Positions 39,878-54,924 are shown, numbered from the whole stretch's first letter. The stretch: 63,413 nt of DNA, filler included, from Octopus bimaculoides (GCF_001194135.2; 9 parts of 8 records of this genome joined end to end with filler, not necessarily neighbours in it); one strand, 5' to 3'. A program made the numbers and translations. The notes: generated by a model from the letters alone, not told the origin.

Positions 39878-40267
39878 TAGTGTAGACGCAATGGCCAAGT
39901 GGTTAGGGCAGCGGACTCGCGGTCATAGGATCGCGGTTTCGATTCCCAGACCGGGTGTTGTGAGTGTTTATTGAGCGAAAACTCCTAAAGCTCCACGAGG
40001 CTCCAGCAGGGGATGGTGGCGAACCCTGCTGTACTCTTTCACCACAACTTTCTCTCAGTCTTTCTTCCTGTTTCTGTTGTACCTGTAATTCAAAGGGTCA
40101 ACCTTGTCACACTGTGTCACGCTGAATATCCCCGAGAACTACGTTAAGGGTACACGTGCCTGTGGAGTGCTCAGCCATTTGCACGTTAATTTCACGAGCA
40201 GACTGTTCCGTTGATCGGATCAACTGGGACCTTCGACGTCGTAAGCGACGGAGTGCCACCAACAACA
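39878..40267 (+). mobile_element. OR1-like tRNA-Arg SINE (family B)
   Basis: Highly similar to 3572-3954; 9-bp TSD actcacgtt at 39869-39877 and 40268-40276. Confidence 0.85.
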
Positions 40268-40384
40268 ACTCACGTTCAAGATTGTCAATAAAAACCTTTT
40301 TTCAGCTCAAAAACTTGTTCTACATATACCAGAACACTTGTGAATCGTTCTTTTATTTTTTATATACCTAGGTCTATTCCCCAT

Positions 40385-40800
40385 TTTTTAGGAGGGGGTA
40401 GCTACAACAAGAGAAACTCCAGGCATTCTATTCATTTCCCAGCTCAAAGAGGCAAGCCCCTTTCTATGTTCGGGTCAAGGCATAGAACGCAATCCCCAAT
40501 ATCAGCTGCGAAACCCGTCAGCATATGCTGGTTTAACCCCTCCACATCAAGCTGATTCCGTACCACTTTGTGCAAGATCAAATTCACGCATGCGTCCACA
40601 ATCACTGTCCAAGCTTTCCTATCATTTATAAACTTTCTTGCCTCTCTCACTCCAACACCAAAGCTTTCCTCACTCCATCCATCCACACAAACCGAGGTCT
40701 ACCTCTGCTTCTGCTGCCTACCACTTCTGCCTTCATCACCCTACTTACCATCCGCTCCTCATCCATCCTCTCCATGTGGCCAAACTACGTCAACATTCCT
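40385..40800 (-). mobile_element. RTE-clade LINE 3' remnant
   Basis: Minus frame GMLT*FGHMERMDEERMVSRVMKAEVVGSRSRGRPRFVWMDGVRKAL, followed by a probable 3' UTR. Confidence 0.8.
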
Positions 40801-41037
40801 CTATCCATGTTGTACCTTGGGAATTTTAAACATGGCAGTATCTATAAATCTAAATAGAGAGGAATGGTGTGTTCAGGAGACAGGGAGAAAAGATGAAAAA
40901 TCAATTACAAAAGTAGAACGCTACTTTATTCACGGTCGAGGAAAAGAGAATAAACAATGCTGACGTCAGCAGAATTTGAACTCACGTTGCTTGNNNNNNN
41001 NNNNNNNNNNNNNNNNNNNNNNNNNNNNNNNNNNNNN

Positions 41038-41049
41038 TTAATTAATTAA
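41038..41049. other. Artificial scaffold-join linker
   Basis: 44 N + TTAATTAATTAA + 44 N. Confidence 0.95.
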
Positions 41050-41093
41050 NNNNNNNNNNNNNNNNNNNNNNNNNNNNNNNNNNNNNNNNNNNN

Positions 41094-41340
41094 AGAGAGA
41101 GAGAGGCATAGTATATATAGGAGGAGAATTCACAAAAAACACAAAAGACGAAGACAGGTGGTGTAGAAAACAAACAGATGTATTAGTATAACACTCGGGA
41201 AGTGAAAAAGTCTTTAATGTTTCGAGCTTACGCTCTTCCACAGAAAGGAACACAGAAAGAAACAAGGAGAGAAACATGGAGAGAAAAAAAAGGAATGCGT
41301 AGTGGCTAGCGATCTATCAGAAGGGTCACACAGGAGAGTT
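41094..41340 (-). mobile_element. Family F Penelope-like repeat with variant hammerhead
   Basis: Minus strand CCTTT-CTGTGGA-AGAGC-GTAA-GCTC-GAAAC-ATT-AAAGA (41248-41211); flanks match 24830-25015. Confidence 0.65.
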
Positions 41341-42344
41341 AGGAAGAAGGGGAGATAAAGTAGTATTGATCCCAAAACGAAGGTGCACATGCATGTGTGT
41401 AAGAGAGTTCATATGTGCATGTGAATTAGGGCTGGTGATCTTGACGTGTACATGTGTATATGTGTAGGTGTGAAAATGTAAGGCTGTGAATTGGTCATAC
41501 ACACATACACACGCACACACATACACACACAAATATACACATATGCACACACACATATAGACATATACATACACACATATATCTCCCACACACACAACAT
41601 ATACATACACGCACACACATGAACACACACATACACACATATATACACACATGCACAGGAATGCACACATATCTAACCCACACAACCTCATGCACACACA
41701 CACGCATGCGCATACATGCACAAAAATGCACATATACCTCCACACACAACCCCTTGTTCACACACACACACACACACATACATGTACACACGTACATACA
41801 CTCACATGCACACACGCATATGAACTCACACATACCTCCCACATATACAACATACAATTACACATACATGGGCAAATACATGCATGTACATACACGCACA
41901 CAGAGGAAAGCACACATATTCCACACACACAACTCCATGCACACACTCATACACACGCACATACACACACACATACACACGCATGCACACACTACACACA
42001 AAACATACACACAACATATACATACACGCACACATATACATACACACGCACACACATACTTCAGACTGCCTGTCAAATACCTTTCTACTGACTATTCCTC
42101 TAAGTACATGTGAAGAGACACACAACTACACAAAAGACTGCCACTCCTGCTACTGAATTCTTCCTGCAACATTAAGCGACACAAAGTTCACTCAAACATA
42201 CGCATATAAACAGCCAAAACCACACACACAACATATACATACACACACACAGACTTACGTGCATGCACATACCCACTCATACACTCACTTACCTCCTTCT
42301 CTTACACTTTCCTGTCAGAAAGAGCTTTTTTTTCACCCATTCCC

Positions 42345-42556
42345 TTCCAATCATTTCAAAATGTAATCACATGTGAATCGTTGTCGATTTTCTTCCTCCG
42401 TCTTCCCTTCTATTGGATTTTTCTCTTTTTCCAAAGAAGAGCGTCTGCTCGAAATGTTAAACCATCTTTTGTTCCTTCCCTGAGTGTCTGCTAATACTGT
42501 ACATGTACCATGTCCTCGTGTTGTGTTTTTTGTTCTTGTTCTTCTTTTTTGGTTTA

Positions 42557-42560
<4 letters not shown>
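42345..42560 (+). mobile_element. Diverged family F-related repeat
   Basis: gaagagcgtctgctcgaaatgttaaac…ctaatac…tgtcctcgtgttgtg. Confidence 0.45.
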
Positions 42561-42591
<31 letters not shown>

Positions 42592-42941
42592 NNNNNNNNN
42601 NNNNNNNNNNNNNNNNNNNNNNNNNNNNNNNNNNNNNNNNNNNNNNNNNNNNNNNNNNNNNNNNNNNNNNNNNNNNNNNNNNNNNNNNNNNNNNNNNNNN
42701 NNNNNNNNNNNNNNNNNNNNNNNNNNNNNNNNNNNNNNNNNNNNNNNNNNNNNNNNNNNNNNNNNNNNNNNNNNNNNNNNNNNNNNNNNNCTTCCTGTAT
42801 TCCATGTTTTTGTACTTCGTATTTCATGTTGTTTACGTTTTGTGATGTCATGTACCCATATATGCATATATATATACATATATGTGTAAGTATGTACACA
42901 TGTGTATGTAAATATACATATATATATACATATTATTTATA

Positions 42942-42977
<36 letters not shown>

Positions 42978-42978
<1 letters not shown>

Positions 42979-43334
42979 GGCGCAGGCATTGCTGTGTGGT
43001 AAGTAGCTTGCTTACCAACCACATGGTTCTGGGTTCAGGCCAACTGCGTGGCACCTTGGGCCAGTGTTTTCTACTATAGATTTGGGCCAACCAAAGCCTT
43101 GTGAGTGTGTGTGTGTGTATGTGACTGTGTTTGTCCCCTCCCCCACCCCATCATTGCTTGACAACCAATGTGGGTGTGTTTACATCCCCATAACTTAGCA
43201 ATTCAGGAAAAGAGACCGATAGGATAAGTACTAGGCTCACAAAGAATAAGTCCTGGGATCGATTTGTTTGACTAAAGGCTGTGCTCCAGCATGGCTACAG
43301 TCAAGTGACTGAAACAAATAAAAGAATAAAAGAA
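42978..43334 (+). mobile_element. Family A SINE
   Basis: ggcgcaggcattgctgtgtggtaagtagcttgcttacc head; ggctgtgctccagcatggctacagtcaagtgactgaaaca tail. Confidence 0.85.
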
Positions 43335-43379
43335 TATATATGTATCCAGGTGTATATGTAAGTGAAATAATAGTTTCAG

Positions 43380-43711
43380 TATTATTAGTTTCATTATGTA
43401 TATATTATTGACATAGTGAAAGTATTAATAGTGAAACTATTAAAACTGAAAGTATTATCTCACATTACAGTAGAGATGTTATTGTCTCACTTTTGACACA
43501 TAATACTGAAATAGTGTAAGAGATAAGAGATTTCACCGGGCTCGCATTAGCCAAGAAGTTGAAAAAAGTTTTAGTCAATAACACTTCATGGACCCTAAGT
43601 AAAGCATGTGTAAAATTTGAATGAAATTGTTTGGGTAGTTCTCAAGCTTTAGTGATGCAAACATACAGACACACAGACAGACAGACACATTCTCAGTTTT
43701 ATGTATATAGA
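43380..43711 (-). mobile_element. Non-autonomous Helitron-like element, 5' end
   Basis: Minus strand A|TCTATATACATAAAACTGAGAATGTG(TCTG)n; the same 5' motif occurs at 46154 (+). Confidence 0.6.
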
Positions 43712-45519
43712 TGAGACATGGCTCTCTAACTCATTTAGTAGTGAATCTGAATAAGAATTGATTCAGACCATGACAACCCAATCAACCCATGCCAGCATCA
43801 AAAGCACATGTGAAAATGGTGGTGGTAGGTGTTCTTTTGTTGTTTTGGAGTCTTACTGATCCAAGTTTGTAAACAAAATACTAGCAGGAAATTTCAGAGT
43901 TTCTATCATTGTATTTTGAATATCAAAATGTTTCAACTGGATTATTTTTATCCTGGCTTTAAGGTCTCCAATTATCTTGAAATATATTTATAATACACAA
44001 GTCAACATCTCTGGTGGCTTTTATAACTTCCATAGAATATGACATAAACCTTAATATAAAAGTAAATATACATATATATATAGTTCCAAGTTGTAAGCAA
44101 CAGTTTTGTAGTTCAGTAACTAAAATTTTGCATAAAAATACATCTTTCCAAAAGTATGTTCTCCCAGAATTTGAAAAAAATGCAGGAGTAAAATTTTGTT
44201 TTGGTTTTATATATTTTTAGTATTTATATTTATTTATTATTTTTATGCATTTTTAAGAAGCACGGCTTGGAGGTAACAATTCTGAGTGAGTCTATATTCC
44301 TTGATCACTTGAAGAATACCAGTGTCGTTTTAAAGTAGTTGATACAAAATTTATGTGACTGTATATTTTATTTTGGGTATTAATAACTCTCGGCATGTGT
44401 TTATTTGAAATCTGGTCCAAATGCTTGCAAGAAAATAAACTCAACTAAAAATACTCATAAGTCAGGTGATGGTGTTAAACTGGACAACAGATTAAGTCTA
44501 CAACCCAAATGTTTATTGTGTATGGCAATATAGTGAATAAGCTTAGATCAACTTAAATATATTTAAGCAAGATAAGAAAAACAACCAAAAGGTTTTACCT
44601 GCAAAATGTTCAAGTGCCTTCTCAAGTTAGAGCTTAGAATATTGAATTGACATATCAAATGTTACAGTTTATCATCTTAGAACATTAGAAGAAAAAAGAT
44701 GATTTCTACTGTTAATAAGAAGCAATATTCAGCATGGATTCAATTAGAATGGGATTGTGGTATTCACAAGTGGTTTAAATTATTTTTCAGATAAACTTTT
44801 TTTCAGGTTTCAATTTTTGATTTCGAAGTTTGTTGGTTCAAATATATTATGCAAACATTTCAAGTGGTGTTATATTTTCTCTGTCATGTCAAAACCAAAA
44901 GTACATTCTGGAAGTTGTAAAATAGTGTATTGGTAATCATTTCACAGTCAAAATGTGCATTGGTGATTTAGAGGAAATTAAAGATTTACTCATAAGAGTA
45001 AACTATACAAAAATATTAGAACATCTGAAAGTTCTACATGGATAGTTTTTTCTTCTTTTTTGCTTTTTCCAAGACACTAACACACTTCACAAGTTTGATG
45101 ACTTAATTTCAAGTGAAAAGGTTTCAGGTTTTGCATCATTCTTCTCAATGAACAGATCTTACTCCAATAAAAAACATATTGTAACATTAAAGTGGTGATT
45201 AAATAAAAAGCAAATAGCAATCACTAGCTTAAAAGCCACACTCCATGCAGACTTTTAAGCTAGCTCCTATGGAGGACTAACTGGGCCTAATGACTATGTC
45301 CTGGTGTTGTTTGATCAGAGGTTAAGGACGGATAAGAATTAATTCTGTAGTGCAATCATTCTATTGTTCCAGTCCGAAGTTGAATTCCAATTGTTGGCCA
45401 ATTTGTCCCAAAGTTCTTTTCTCGATGTAAAATTAACGAAGCAAATGTCATTTATCTCCCCCTTGATCTCTGATGCCATAGGACAAATGCTGCCAAAATG
45501 ATGTGAATCAACCCGCTAG

Positions 45520-45708
45520 AAATAGCAACCCAAATACTTTTAAATCAGATCCCAATGCTGGATGTTCAAGAATCAAATGAAGGGCAGATTTTCAATCTTG
45601 GGATCATCCTGATTCCAAAAAGGTATAATATGTCTATATAGAGCAAATATAGGCAGAGACACAGGGGTCCCAGATGGACAGACAGAATTTCACTTTTATT
45701 ATTATAGA
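45520..45708 (-). mobile_element. Helitron-like 5' end (related family)
   Basis: Minus strand A|TCTATAATAATAAAAGTGAAATTCTGTCTGTCC; the left boundary is approximate. Confidence 0.45.
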
Positions 45709-46153
45709 TTAGCAAGCATACTCCAGCCTCTGACCCAAAGGCAAGCAGTCTTCTCTTTGCCTTTTTCTTTTGTTACTCTTAGTGTTTCTGTTCCTTTATC
45801 ACTAAGGTACCTCCAGCCCACTTGTCTCTTCATCTCTCATCACTCTTGGTGCATCCAATGCCATTTACACAGCACTAACTATTATACCTAGTCCTTCCTC
45901 CCCAAAACATTGGTCCTCTAGTATCTTCTCCCTGCTCATGTCTTTCCGTGAGAGTTGACCTACAAACAGTTTAAATGAAACATCATTGGCATCAAGCTCT
46001 CTGGTCTCAGAAGACCTGCAAGTTTCTTAGGCACTGGTCCTTCTTCCACACTTAGTATGTAAAAGTAAAGAGAAAAAATTCAACAGACTGGAAAGAAATT
46101 CCTACAGACTTTTCAAGCATTTTCAATTGATTCCTTGCTCCATCATTTAGTCA

Positions 46154-46177
46154 TCTATATATATAAAAATGAGAATG

Positions 46178-46237
<60 letters not shown>

Positions 46238-46238
46238 G

Positions 46239-46274
<36 letters not shown>
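46154..46274 (+). mobile_element. Helitron-like 5' end with (GTCT)n, cut by scaffold join
   Basis: A|TCTATATATATAAAAATGAGAATGTG(TCTG)n. Confidence 0.6.
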
Positions 46275-46318
46275 NNNNNNNNNNNNNNNNNNNNNNNNNN
46301 NNNNNNNNNNNNNNNNNN

Positions 46319-46330
46319 TTAATTAATTAA
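46319..46330. other. Artificial scaffold-join linker
   Basis: 44 N + TTAATTAATTAA + 44 N. Confidence 0.95.
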
Positions 46331-47986
46331 NNNNNNNNNNNNNNNNNNNNNNNNNNNNNNNNNNNNNNNNNNNNTATATATATAAGCATTTCTACGTACA
46401 TAAGTATATACTTCTTACCACAGCAACGCGAGCTGAGAGAGAATGGAGGAACAGGGAGAGACATTGGTAGTGACATTCATTCGAAATACGTGTCTTTCTG
46501 CTCAATATATACGGCATGTCCTTAAACACTTAGTCAGTACAGATTATTCAAATGATAAACAGGCAAACACACAGACTGTAGATGTGATTCGAACATAAAT
46601 AAAACCAATAATGAACCATGTGATATCTATTGCCTTTAAGCTCACATATCTTTACAACCCTACCTTAGAGAATAATTGTCGAAAAACTGTTCAATTAGTC
46701 ACTGATTCTGCACACATGAATTATGAGATTATGCTACGTGCTTCGGATATTCAGCAGATTTTCATTCTGTTGTTGAAGTCATTCTACTTCATGAATTGAA
46801 ATGTGCAGCTACATTTGTTTTTCATTTCTTATGTTTTAACGCTAGATAATGTAACATGTTAAAGCTAATTGGCTAACACTTATTATCCTCGTAGACATAG
46901 CATGTCTTTCACATAACTAACCCTTCACCTCCTAATCTACGAAAAATATTAGAAACAACAGTATTTCCGAAATAAAAAAATTCCCTGGTCCATACTCTAT
47001 TTAAACATGGAACATTTGGCAATAGCCTATCAGTGTGATAGGCTATTGCCAAATGTTTATTTTAAGGTTACATTTCTCATAGGCATGTAGTCTTCGCAAT
47101 AATTGCATCCATCAATTGTACCTATTAGTGCCATTTATACTGGTTTTATACTGATTTATAATACCATGAACTATTTACTTTTATGTTTATGTAATGCTTA
47201 TGAAGCTTACTTAGAACACTTGTTAACAAGGGAGTTTCATTATTTGTTATTATTCCAGCATTTGACTTGGCCTTAAATATTATCCTCCTAGCCGTTGGTG
47301 CCATTTTATTTGTGATTTGTAGAGCACCTATGGGATATATTTCCCTAATATACCTGTATATACATAATTATTATACGAGGTTTAGCCCATTTTTATACCT
47401 AGTCTTGATAGAAGTATTGACTTACCAGGACCTGTTGCGTTCCGTTAAACACTAACCTGTTCGTGTCATAATTGCTTCCCACTGTACGTTATAACGTTAA
47501 TATGCTGTAGGACATAAGCAGCCGTTAATATCTATTCATTGAGTTATCGACTTTTTCCTTCCTTTCTTTTCTTGTTTATTTATAAACATATCCCTTATAA
47601 ATGTTTTAACTTGTAACCCCATTTCAAATTTTAACTGTGTAATGTAGAAACGGCTGGACTTATACTTACCCCACTGTGAATCATAGAGGTGTTTCTTGGT
47701 ATTAATCCGTGTGAGAAAATGTTTTCCTTAGTACCCTACGATAATTGGTTACTTTTACTTAAGATTTGACATTTGATAATTATGTTAGCATTTTCTTTAC
47801 ATAGAGTTTCTTCATAACTTCTTTTGTAAACATCCTAAACCCCACTTCTAATTGCACCCACACGTCAATAATTTGTAACGTTCCCTAGACGTGTTATACT
47901 CCACTCTTTCATCTACGGTCTTGTAGCCCTGATGGTAAATTTATTTGCACTTAACGTATTGAGCTTCTAGATTATTTGTCTATGTC

Positions 47987-48026
<40 letters not shown>

Positions 48027-49011
48027 NNNNNNNNNNNNNNNNNNNNNNNNNNNNNNNNNNNNNNNNNNNNNNNNNNNNNNNNNNNNNNNNNNNNNNNNNN
48101 NNNNNNNNNNNNNNNNNNNNNNNNNNNNNNNNNNNNNNNNNNNNNNNNNNNNNNNNNNNNNNNNNNNNNNNNNNNNNNNNNNNNNNNNNNNNNNNNNNNN
48201 NNNNNNNNNNNNNNNNNNNNNNNNNNNNNNNNNNNNNNNNNNNNNNNNNNNNNNNNNNNNNNNNNNNNNNNNNNNNNNNNNNNNNNNNNNNNNNNNNNNN
48301 NNNNNNNNNNNNNNNNNNNNNNNNNNNNNNNNNNNNNNNNNNNNNNNNNNNNNNNNNNNNNNNNNNNNNNNNNNNNNNNNNNNNNNNNNNNNNNNNNNNN
48401 NNNNNNNNNNNNNNNNNNNNNNNNNNNNNNNNNNNNNNNNNNNNNNNNNNNNNNNNNNNNNNNNNNNNNNNNNNNNNNNNNNNNNNNNNNNNNNNNNNNN
48501 NNNNNNNNNNNNNNNNNNNNNNNNNNNNNNNNNNNNNNNNNNNNNNNNNNNNNNNNNNNNNNNNNNNNNNNNNNNNNNNNNNNNNNNNNNNNNNNNNNNN
48601 NNNNNNNNNNNNNNNNNNNNNNNNNATATATATATATATACATATATATATGCATACACACACATACATGTAAACTTCTTTTGAGCTGATTTTTCCTTTG
48701 TACCACAGCGAAATATATTTATCCAACATTTTGTACTGCGAAATAACTATTATTATATATAAGAATATTACGTATTAATAACATTAGCAGTAATGAAAGA
48801 TGCTTTATTATGTACATGAGTTTGGGGTGTCTGAAATATGTATGTAATCATACGTATATACTTCAATATATCTGTAACTATATGTGTGCACTTGTGTGTG
48901 ACTGTGTCTGTATACACCTGTGATTGAATGCACATATACATAGACATACACACACATATGTGCATATGTACATGTATGAATCTACATATATATAAACATA
49001 TAAGCCTAATA

Positions 49012-49047
<36 letters not shown>

Positions 49048-49348
49048 CGTGTGTGTGTGTCTTTGTATGAGTGAACCTGTATCTGTGTATTCGTTGAACA
49101 TGATAGTAGATCCTTAATTATCTTTCCATTATTCCCTTTACATAACTATATTCATTCAGCAGAGAAGGTAACCGTTTCTCCCCAGAAGGCAAGATTTAAA
49201 TATTCACGCTAGACTTTTCCGTCTAAAGCTGTCATGAATCTGATATACCAGATAAGTATGGATGTTAAAGAACATTACTTTTATTTTACATATAAATTCG
49301 TCAATGCACGCATTAATCATAATTTACTTGAAATACGAACGATATATG

Positions 49349-49383
<35 letters not shown>

Positions 49384-49699
49384 ATGTGTGTGTATACTTA
49401 TATATNNNNNNNNNNNNNNNNNNNNNNNNNNNNNNNNNNNNNNNNNNNNNNNNNNNNNNNNNNNNNNNNNNNNNNNNNNNNNNNNNNNNNNNNNNNNNNN
49501 NNNNNNNNNNNNNNNNNNNNNNNNNNNNNNNNNNNNNNNNNNNNNNNNNNNNNNNNNNNNNNNNNNNNNNNNNNNNNTATATATATATTCAGTATATATG
49601 TATGCGTGTATTCTCAACGAAAGTGAATACCATTTGCATTTCATATATATAGATATGTATATGCATATATATATATATATATATATATATTTGTGTATG

Positions 49700-49750
<51 letters not shown>

Positions 49751-50649
49751 ATGTGTGTGTGTGTGTTCATGTATTATCAAAAACCCATAGTTTTTTGTCT
49801 AATTATTAGTACTTTATTTTCGTTTTTGTACTCGATATTTCTAATTAGTATATATAGAACTGATCACTGAATATGAGCCAGTTGTATGAAAGAAATAAAA
49901 AGTAGTGTATTATATAATCTGCCTCTTCAGCAGAACAAAAAATACGCCACTGAATTCATAATATGCTATATGTGTAGATCTTGATCGTTTCTTTGTATTT
50001 TATGGTATTGATTTATTCTTTGTAATCTTGTTGATGCTGACGTACATGCAGAAGGCATTACATTTTGAACATTATTATTGTTTTTGCGTGCATGTTTTTT
50101 TTATCATTACTGTTGCTGATCAGTGTCCTATCCCGTCAAACATATTTCTCTCTCTATTTCTCTATCTTCTCCCTACATTTATATTGCAAATATTTACAAT
50201 AATAAATCTTTCAATTTATGGTACTAGCCCAGCAATTACTTCGAATTTAGTGTTTGAGTATTATATAATTTATCGACCCCGAAATGAGTAATGGTAACAT
50301 CGATATAAATGCTGGTTGAAATATGAAAGTAAAAAACAAAAAAAAAAGTTTTAATAAAAGCAGTCATCAATTACGTTCGGTGCGCTAACAATTGCGCTAC
50401 CACGGTGCAGTAATAGTATCAGTATTTTGTTTTAAAAAAAGCCTGCAGTTTGAGGTAAACAGTTTTAGTTGCTTACATCGACTACCAATCACCGCACTTA
50501 ACTAGTCATCTGTGAATTCGAAGTGTGGCACAAGCATTTAGTAGTTTTAGTGTCACATATTTGACACCAAAGGCATTTCAAATTGTTAGAACAATTCCAC
50601 CAAGAATGCCTTCATCGAATTTAAAACTTTAAATGGGACTTTTTTTACT

Positions 50650-50990
50650 CCAGACATAGAAGTCTTTTCTTTTGCAGCCATCGCTTCAACTAAATCAATG
50701 TCTCCCTGAAAAATCAAATGAGATGGTCTGGTCAAATTATTCGAATGGCGACTGAGCGTACACCCTAACAGCTGTTTCATGGTGAGCTGTAGAGGAAAAA
50801 CACAATTGGTGTAAACCTAAGAAGAGGTTACAGGACGACATAAGGACTATCGTGAAGTCACTTAGAAAGGATCCAAAAGCCATACGGACCCTCGCTTCGC
50901 TTGGAGTTGAATAGTAAAGACATGTGTGGAATGGAGTGAAAGCGCCTGAAGATAGCGCATGCAAAACTCAAGAGGTATTTAAAGAAAAGA
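50650..50990 (+). mobile_element. RTE-clade LINE 3' remnant (old)
   Basis: LKNQMRWSGQIIRMATERTP*QLFHGEL*…KPKKRLQDDI; stops and frameshifts. Confidence 0.75.
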
Positions 50991-51279
50991 TGTTGCGATC
51001 GAGAAGATGAATTTCAGTGATATTTTGTGTGTACAGTTTGTGATAGACCACGGCATTGACTTGTTAGGCTCAAATCTAATTGGAGAACCCATGAAAAACG
51101 AACCTTCACCACATATTATACCTATATATCTGCGCACACCTTTCAATGCCGTGTATGCCATAAGGTCTGCAATTCTAACTGAGGCATCAAAAGACATTTC
51201 AAGATCCACAATGTTCTGAATTCAACTGCAATTCTTGTTGTTTCAAATCAAGTATGCAATGCACGTGGGCATCTTTCGA

Positions 51280-51481
51280 AAACACTGTCTAAGGCGTAGC
51301 TGGAGCATCGCTTTGAATGATTTAAGTCGAACAAATCGACCTCAGTATTTATTTTGCATTATATCAAGTACTTATTCCACTGGCCGCTTTGATAGAACAG
51401 CTACATTACGGCAACGCAAACACACCAACACCTATTGTCTAGTAGCTGTGGGTGGGGAGACAAACACAGTCACAAGGAGAT

Positions 51482-51514
<33 letters not shown>

Positions 51515-51531
51515 CATACATACAGACAGAC

Positions 51532-51587
<56 letters not shown>

Positions 51588-51750
51588 GTAGATATAAGAA
51601 AGGATTCTTTTAGTTTTCTTCTACCAAATCCACTCCCAAGGCATTGGCCTGCCCGGGGCTACTGTAGAAGACGGTGGCGCAGGGTGCCACGCAGTGGTAC
51701 TGGAGCCGGAGTCATGAGTTTCAGAAGCAAGCCTGCTTCTAAACATGCTT
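51280..51750 (-). mobile_element. Family A SINE with central (GATA)n/(CA)n expansion
   Basis: gctggagcatcgc tail, ctaccaaatccactc…ctactgtagaagac…gtgccacgcagtgg head (reverse complement). Confidence 0.7.
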
Positions 51751-52657
51751 ATATATCTATAAGTGTATGCATATATGAGTGAGTAAGTGCCTCAGCGTGC
51801 ACTTGTGCGTGTGTATGTGTATTTGAATGTGCATGCGTGTGTGTGTAAGTGTATATGTGTACTTGTGCGTGCGTGTATGTGTGTGCGTTTGTGTTTTTAA
51901 GCAAATGATTTTGAGAATATTTTAAGAAAGCAAAAATTCCTCGTTCGAGCGTGCATGAACGAGTCAATATATTGACTAAGGAAATATTGCTTGACACATA
52001 CTAATATCAATGATGGACGAATCTAATCACACAAGCACTAAGACACTTAATGAAATATTTGTATTTCCACCTCACGTACGTATAGTTTGTGCAGCTCTTC
52101 CTCAATAAATCATATATCATCGATACTGTGTATTTGTAGCAAACGGCTGCAACTGTAACATATTTTGAGAAATGGCAAATAATGACTTTTTTTCACAAAC
52201 CAACGTTTAGTTATTCACCATGTGTAAAAGTGTATTAAAACGAGTCATTTTCTATTGTTCATTGAGCTGTGCATATATGACAGAAAATGCATGAAATTAT
52301 CACTTCTTTCCCTGCATGTGAACAGATGATTATAGAAGGTGTTTTGCATATGACGAAGAAAAAGGTGAACATGTCACAAATGTTGTGTTACATTGTGGGT
52401 AGGGAATAACTAAGAAGTATCAGGTGTCTAATAACTCACAGAATTGTTGCATTGGATAATGTCTTGTTTATACTGCCGTATATTGTATAACAAGCAATTT
52501 GAATTCAAGAATCCAATATATTTTAAAATGGGTTCACATGTATAAATACAAACACACACACAACACATGCAACATACACATACTCATACACTCACGCAAA
52601 CATATTTATATGACTCTCTCTCTCCCTCCCTCTCTCTCTCCCTCCCTCTTTCTCTCA

Positions 52658-52689
<32 letters not shown>

Positions 52690-54858
52690 CACACATATAT
52701 GTGTGTATGCGCGTGTAAGTGTGTGCGTGGGTGTGTGAGCGCGTTTTTGTGAGTGTGTATATATATATATATATATATATNNNNNNNNNNNNNNNNNNNN
52801 NNNNNNNNNNNNNNNNNNNNNNNNNNNNNNNNNNNNNNNNNNNNNNNNNNNNNNNNNNNNNNNNNNNNNNNNNNNNNNNNNNNNNNATATCCATCTATCT
52901 ATCAGCATTGAATACACATACACATGCACAAACTTATATGTACGTATGTATCGATAGATAGATAGATAGATAGATAGATAAATTCCTCTCTGTTCACGCC
53001 AATTCATAGTTCTTGTTATATATATATATATATATTTGTACACAACGCATTTTCTCCTTTACTCAGAAATCTTCAAAAGATATTCCGGCATTTGTTATTC
53101 ATAGTCGTATTAATTTTATTGCGGAGAATTCTCCTTCAATTTCCCCACAACTGATATGCCACTGAATGGAATGAATATATTGTATTTGTTAGTCCTTGGT
53201 GGAGATGATATTTTCGAAAGTGAATGCGTTTCTGCTCACGTTTGTCAAGCGTATAATTCCTCAATTGTGCATGCGAATTATAGAATCTATTGAAATTTGT
53301 TCCCCTCAGCCTTATTTGGTTTCCTTTTGTCTTTAGAATTTCGAGTATTCCATTACTTCAGTATTTCTGTTGTTTAGGCTTCTTACACTTAGGCTTTGAA
53401 TAAATTCGGAATAAAATTTATATCACCGAACAAACAAACAAAATAAATAAATGTTTTCTGATTTCTTGCGTGATGTTTACTACATATAAAAACGAAACAC
53501 TCTGAGTAATCTGATTGGAGAATCCTGAGGAATAAAATAGAATTCGGAGAGAAATCGAAAGGATTAAGTTCCCATACAGTTTTTTCTTAGAATTAGAGAC
53601 AAACGTTCGAGGTTGCGAACAAGAAATATGGACATGGATATATAGATGCATCCTACAGTTAAACAAGCGTAGGAAAAAGTCAGAAATATAAATACATATA
53701 TACACANNNNNNNNNNNNNNNNNNNNNNNNNNNNNNNNNNNNNNNNNNNNNNNNNNNNNNNNNNNNNNNNNNNNNNNNNNNNNNNNNNNNNNNNNNNNNN
53801 NNNNNNNNNNNNNNNNNNNNNNNNNNNNNNNNNNNNNNNNNNNNNNNNNNNNNNNNNNNNNNNNNNNNNNNNNNNNNNNNNNNNNNNNNNNNNNNNNNNN
53901 NNNNNNNNNNNNNNNNNNNNNNNNNNNNNNNNNNNNNNNNNNNNNNNNNNNNNNNNNNNNNNNNNNNNNNNNNNNNNNNNNNNNNNNNNNNNNNNNNNNN
54001 NNNNNNNNNNNNNNNNNNNNNNNNNNNNNNNNNNNNNNNNNNNNNNNNNNNNNNNNNNNNNNNNNNNNNNNNNNNNNNNNNNNNNNNNNNNNNNNNNNNN
54101 NNNNNNNNNNNNNNNNNNNNNNNNNNNNNNNNNNNNNNNNNNNNNNNNNNNNNNNNNNNNNNNNNNNNNNNNNNNNNNNNNNNNNNNNNNNNNNNNNNNN
54201 NNNNNNNNNNNNNNNNNNNNNNNNNNNNNNNNNNNNNNGTTACGCCGCAAAAACATATAAATTCAAATGAACATATTTATCTTCTTCAATATATATTTCA
54301 GTATAAAGAAATCATTAAGAGAGACTTAAATCAAAATTTCTTTACACATCATTCAGGAATAAATATAACATCTGAAAAAAATACATTCCGTTTAAAAACA
54401 CAAACCGTTCATGGCGAAAAAATTTAACAATTACAACATTTTAAAAGTTTTAGCAAAAAGAACGCTATTACCGACATACAGGCATCCGCGTGTGCGCGCG
54501 TACACACACGCCCACACGTTCGTGCGCGCACACACGTTCATGCACGCACACACGTGAACTCTCACATGTATATGAATGCATACACAAACAAGCAAAGTTG
54601 ACAAGTCATAAACACATACACACACACATACATTCACACACACACACACACATATACGCATACATGCAGATATACATATATATATACATGTACATATACA
54701 TACATATACATATATATATATATACATATACACATACATATGTATACAAATACACACACATACATACATATATATACACACATATACACATACATATATA
54801 CACACATACAAAACATAACCCACACACATACACACACACACACACATANNNNNNNNNN

Positions 54859-54924
<66 letters not shown>

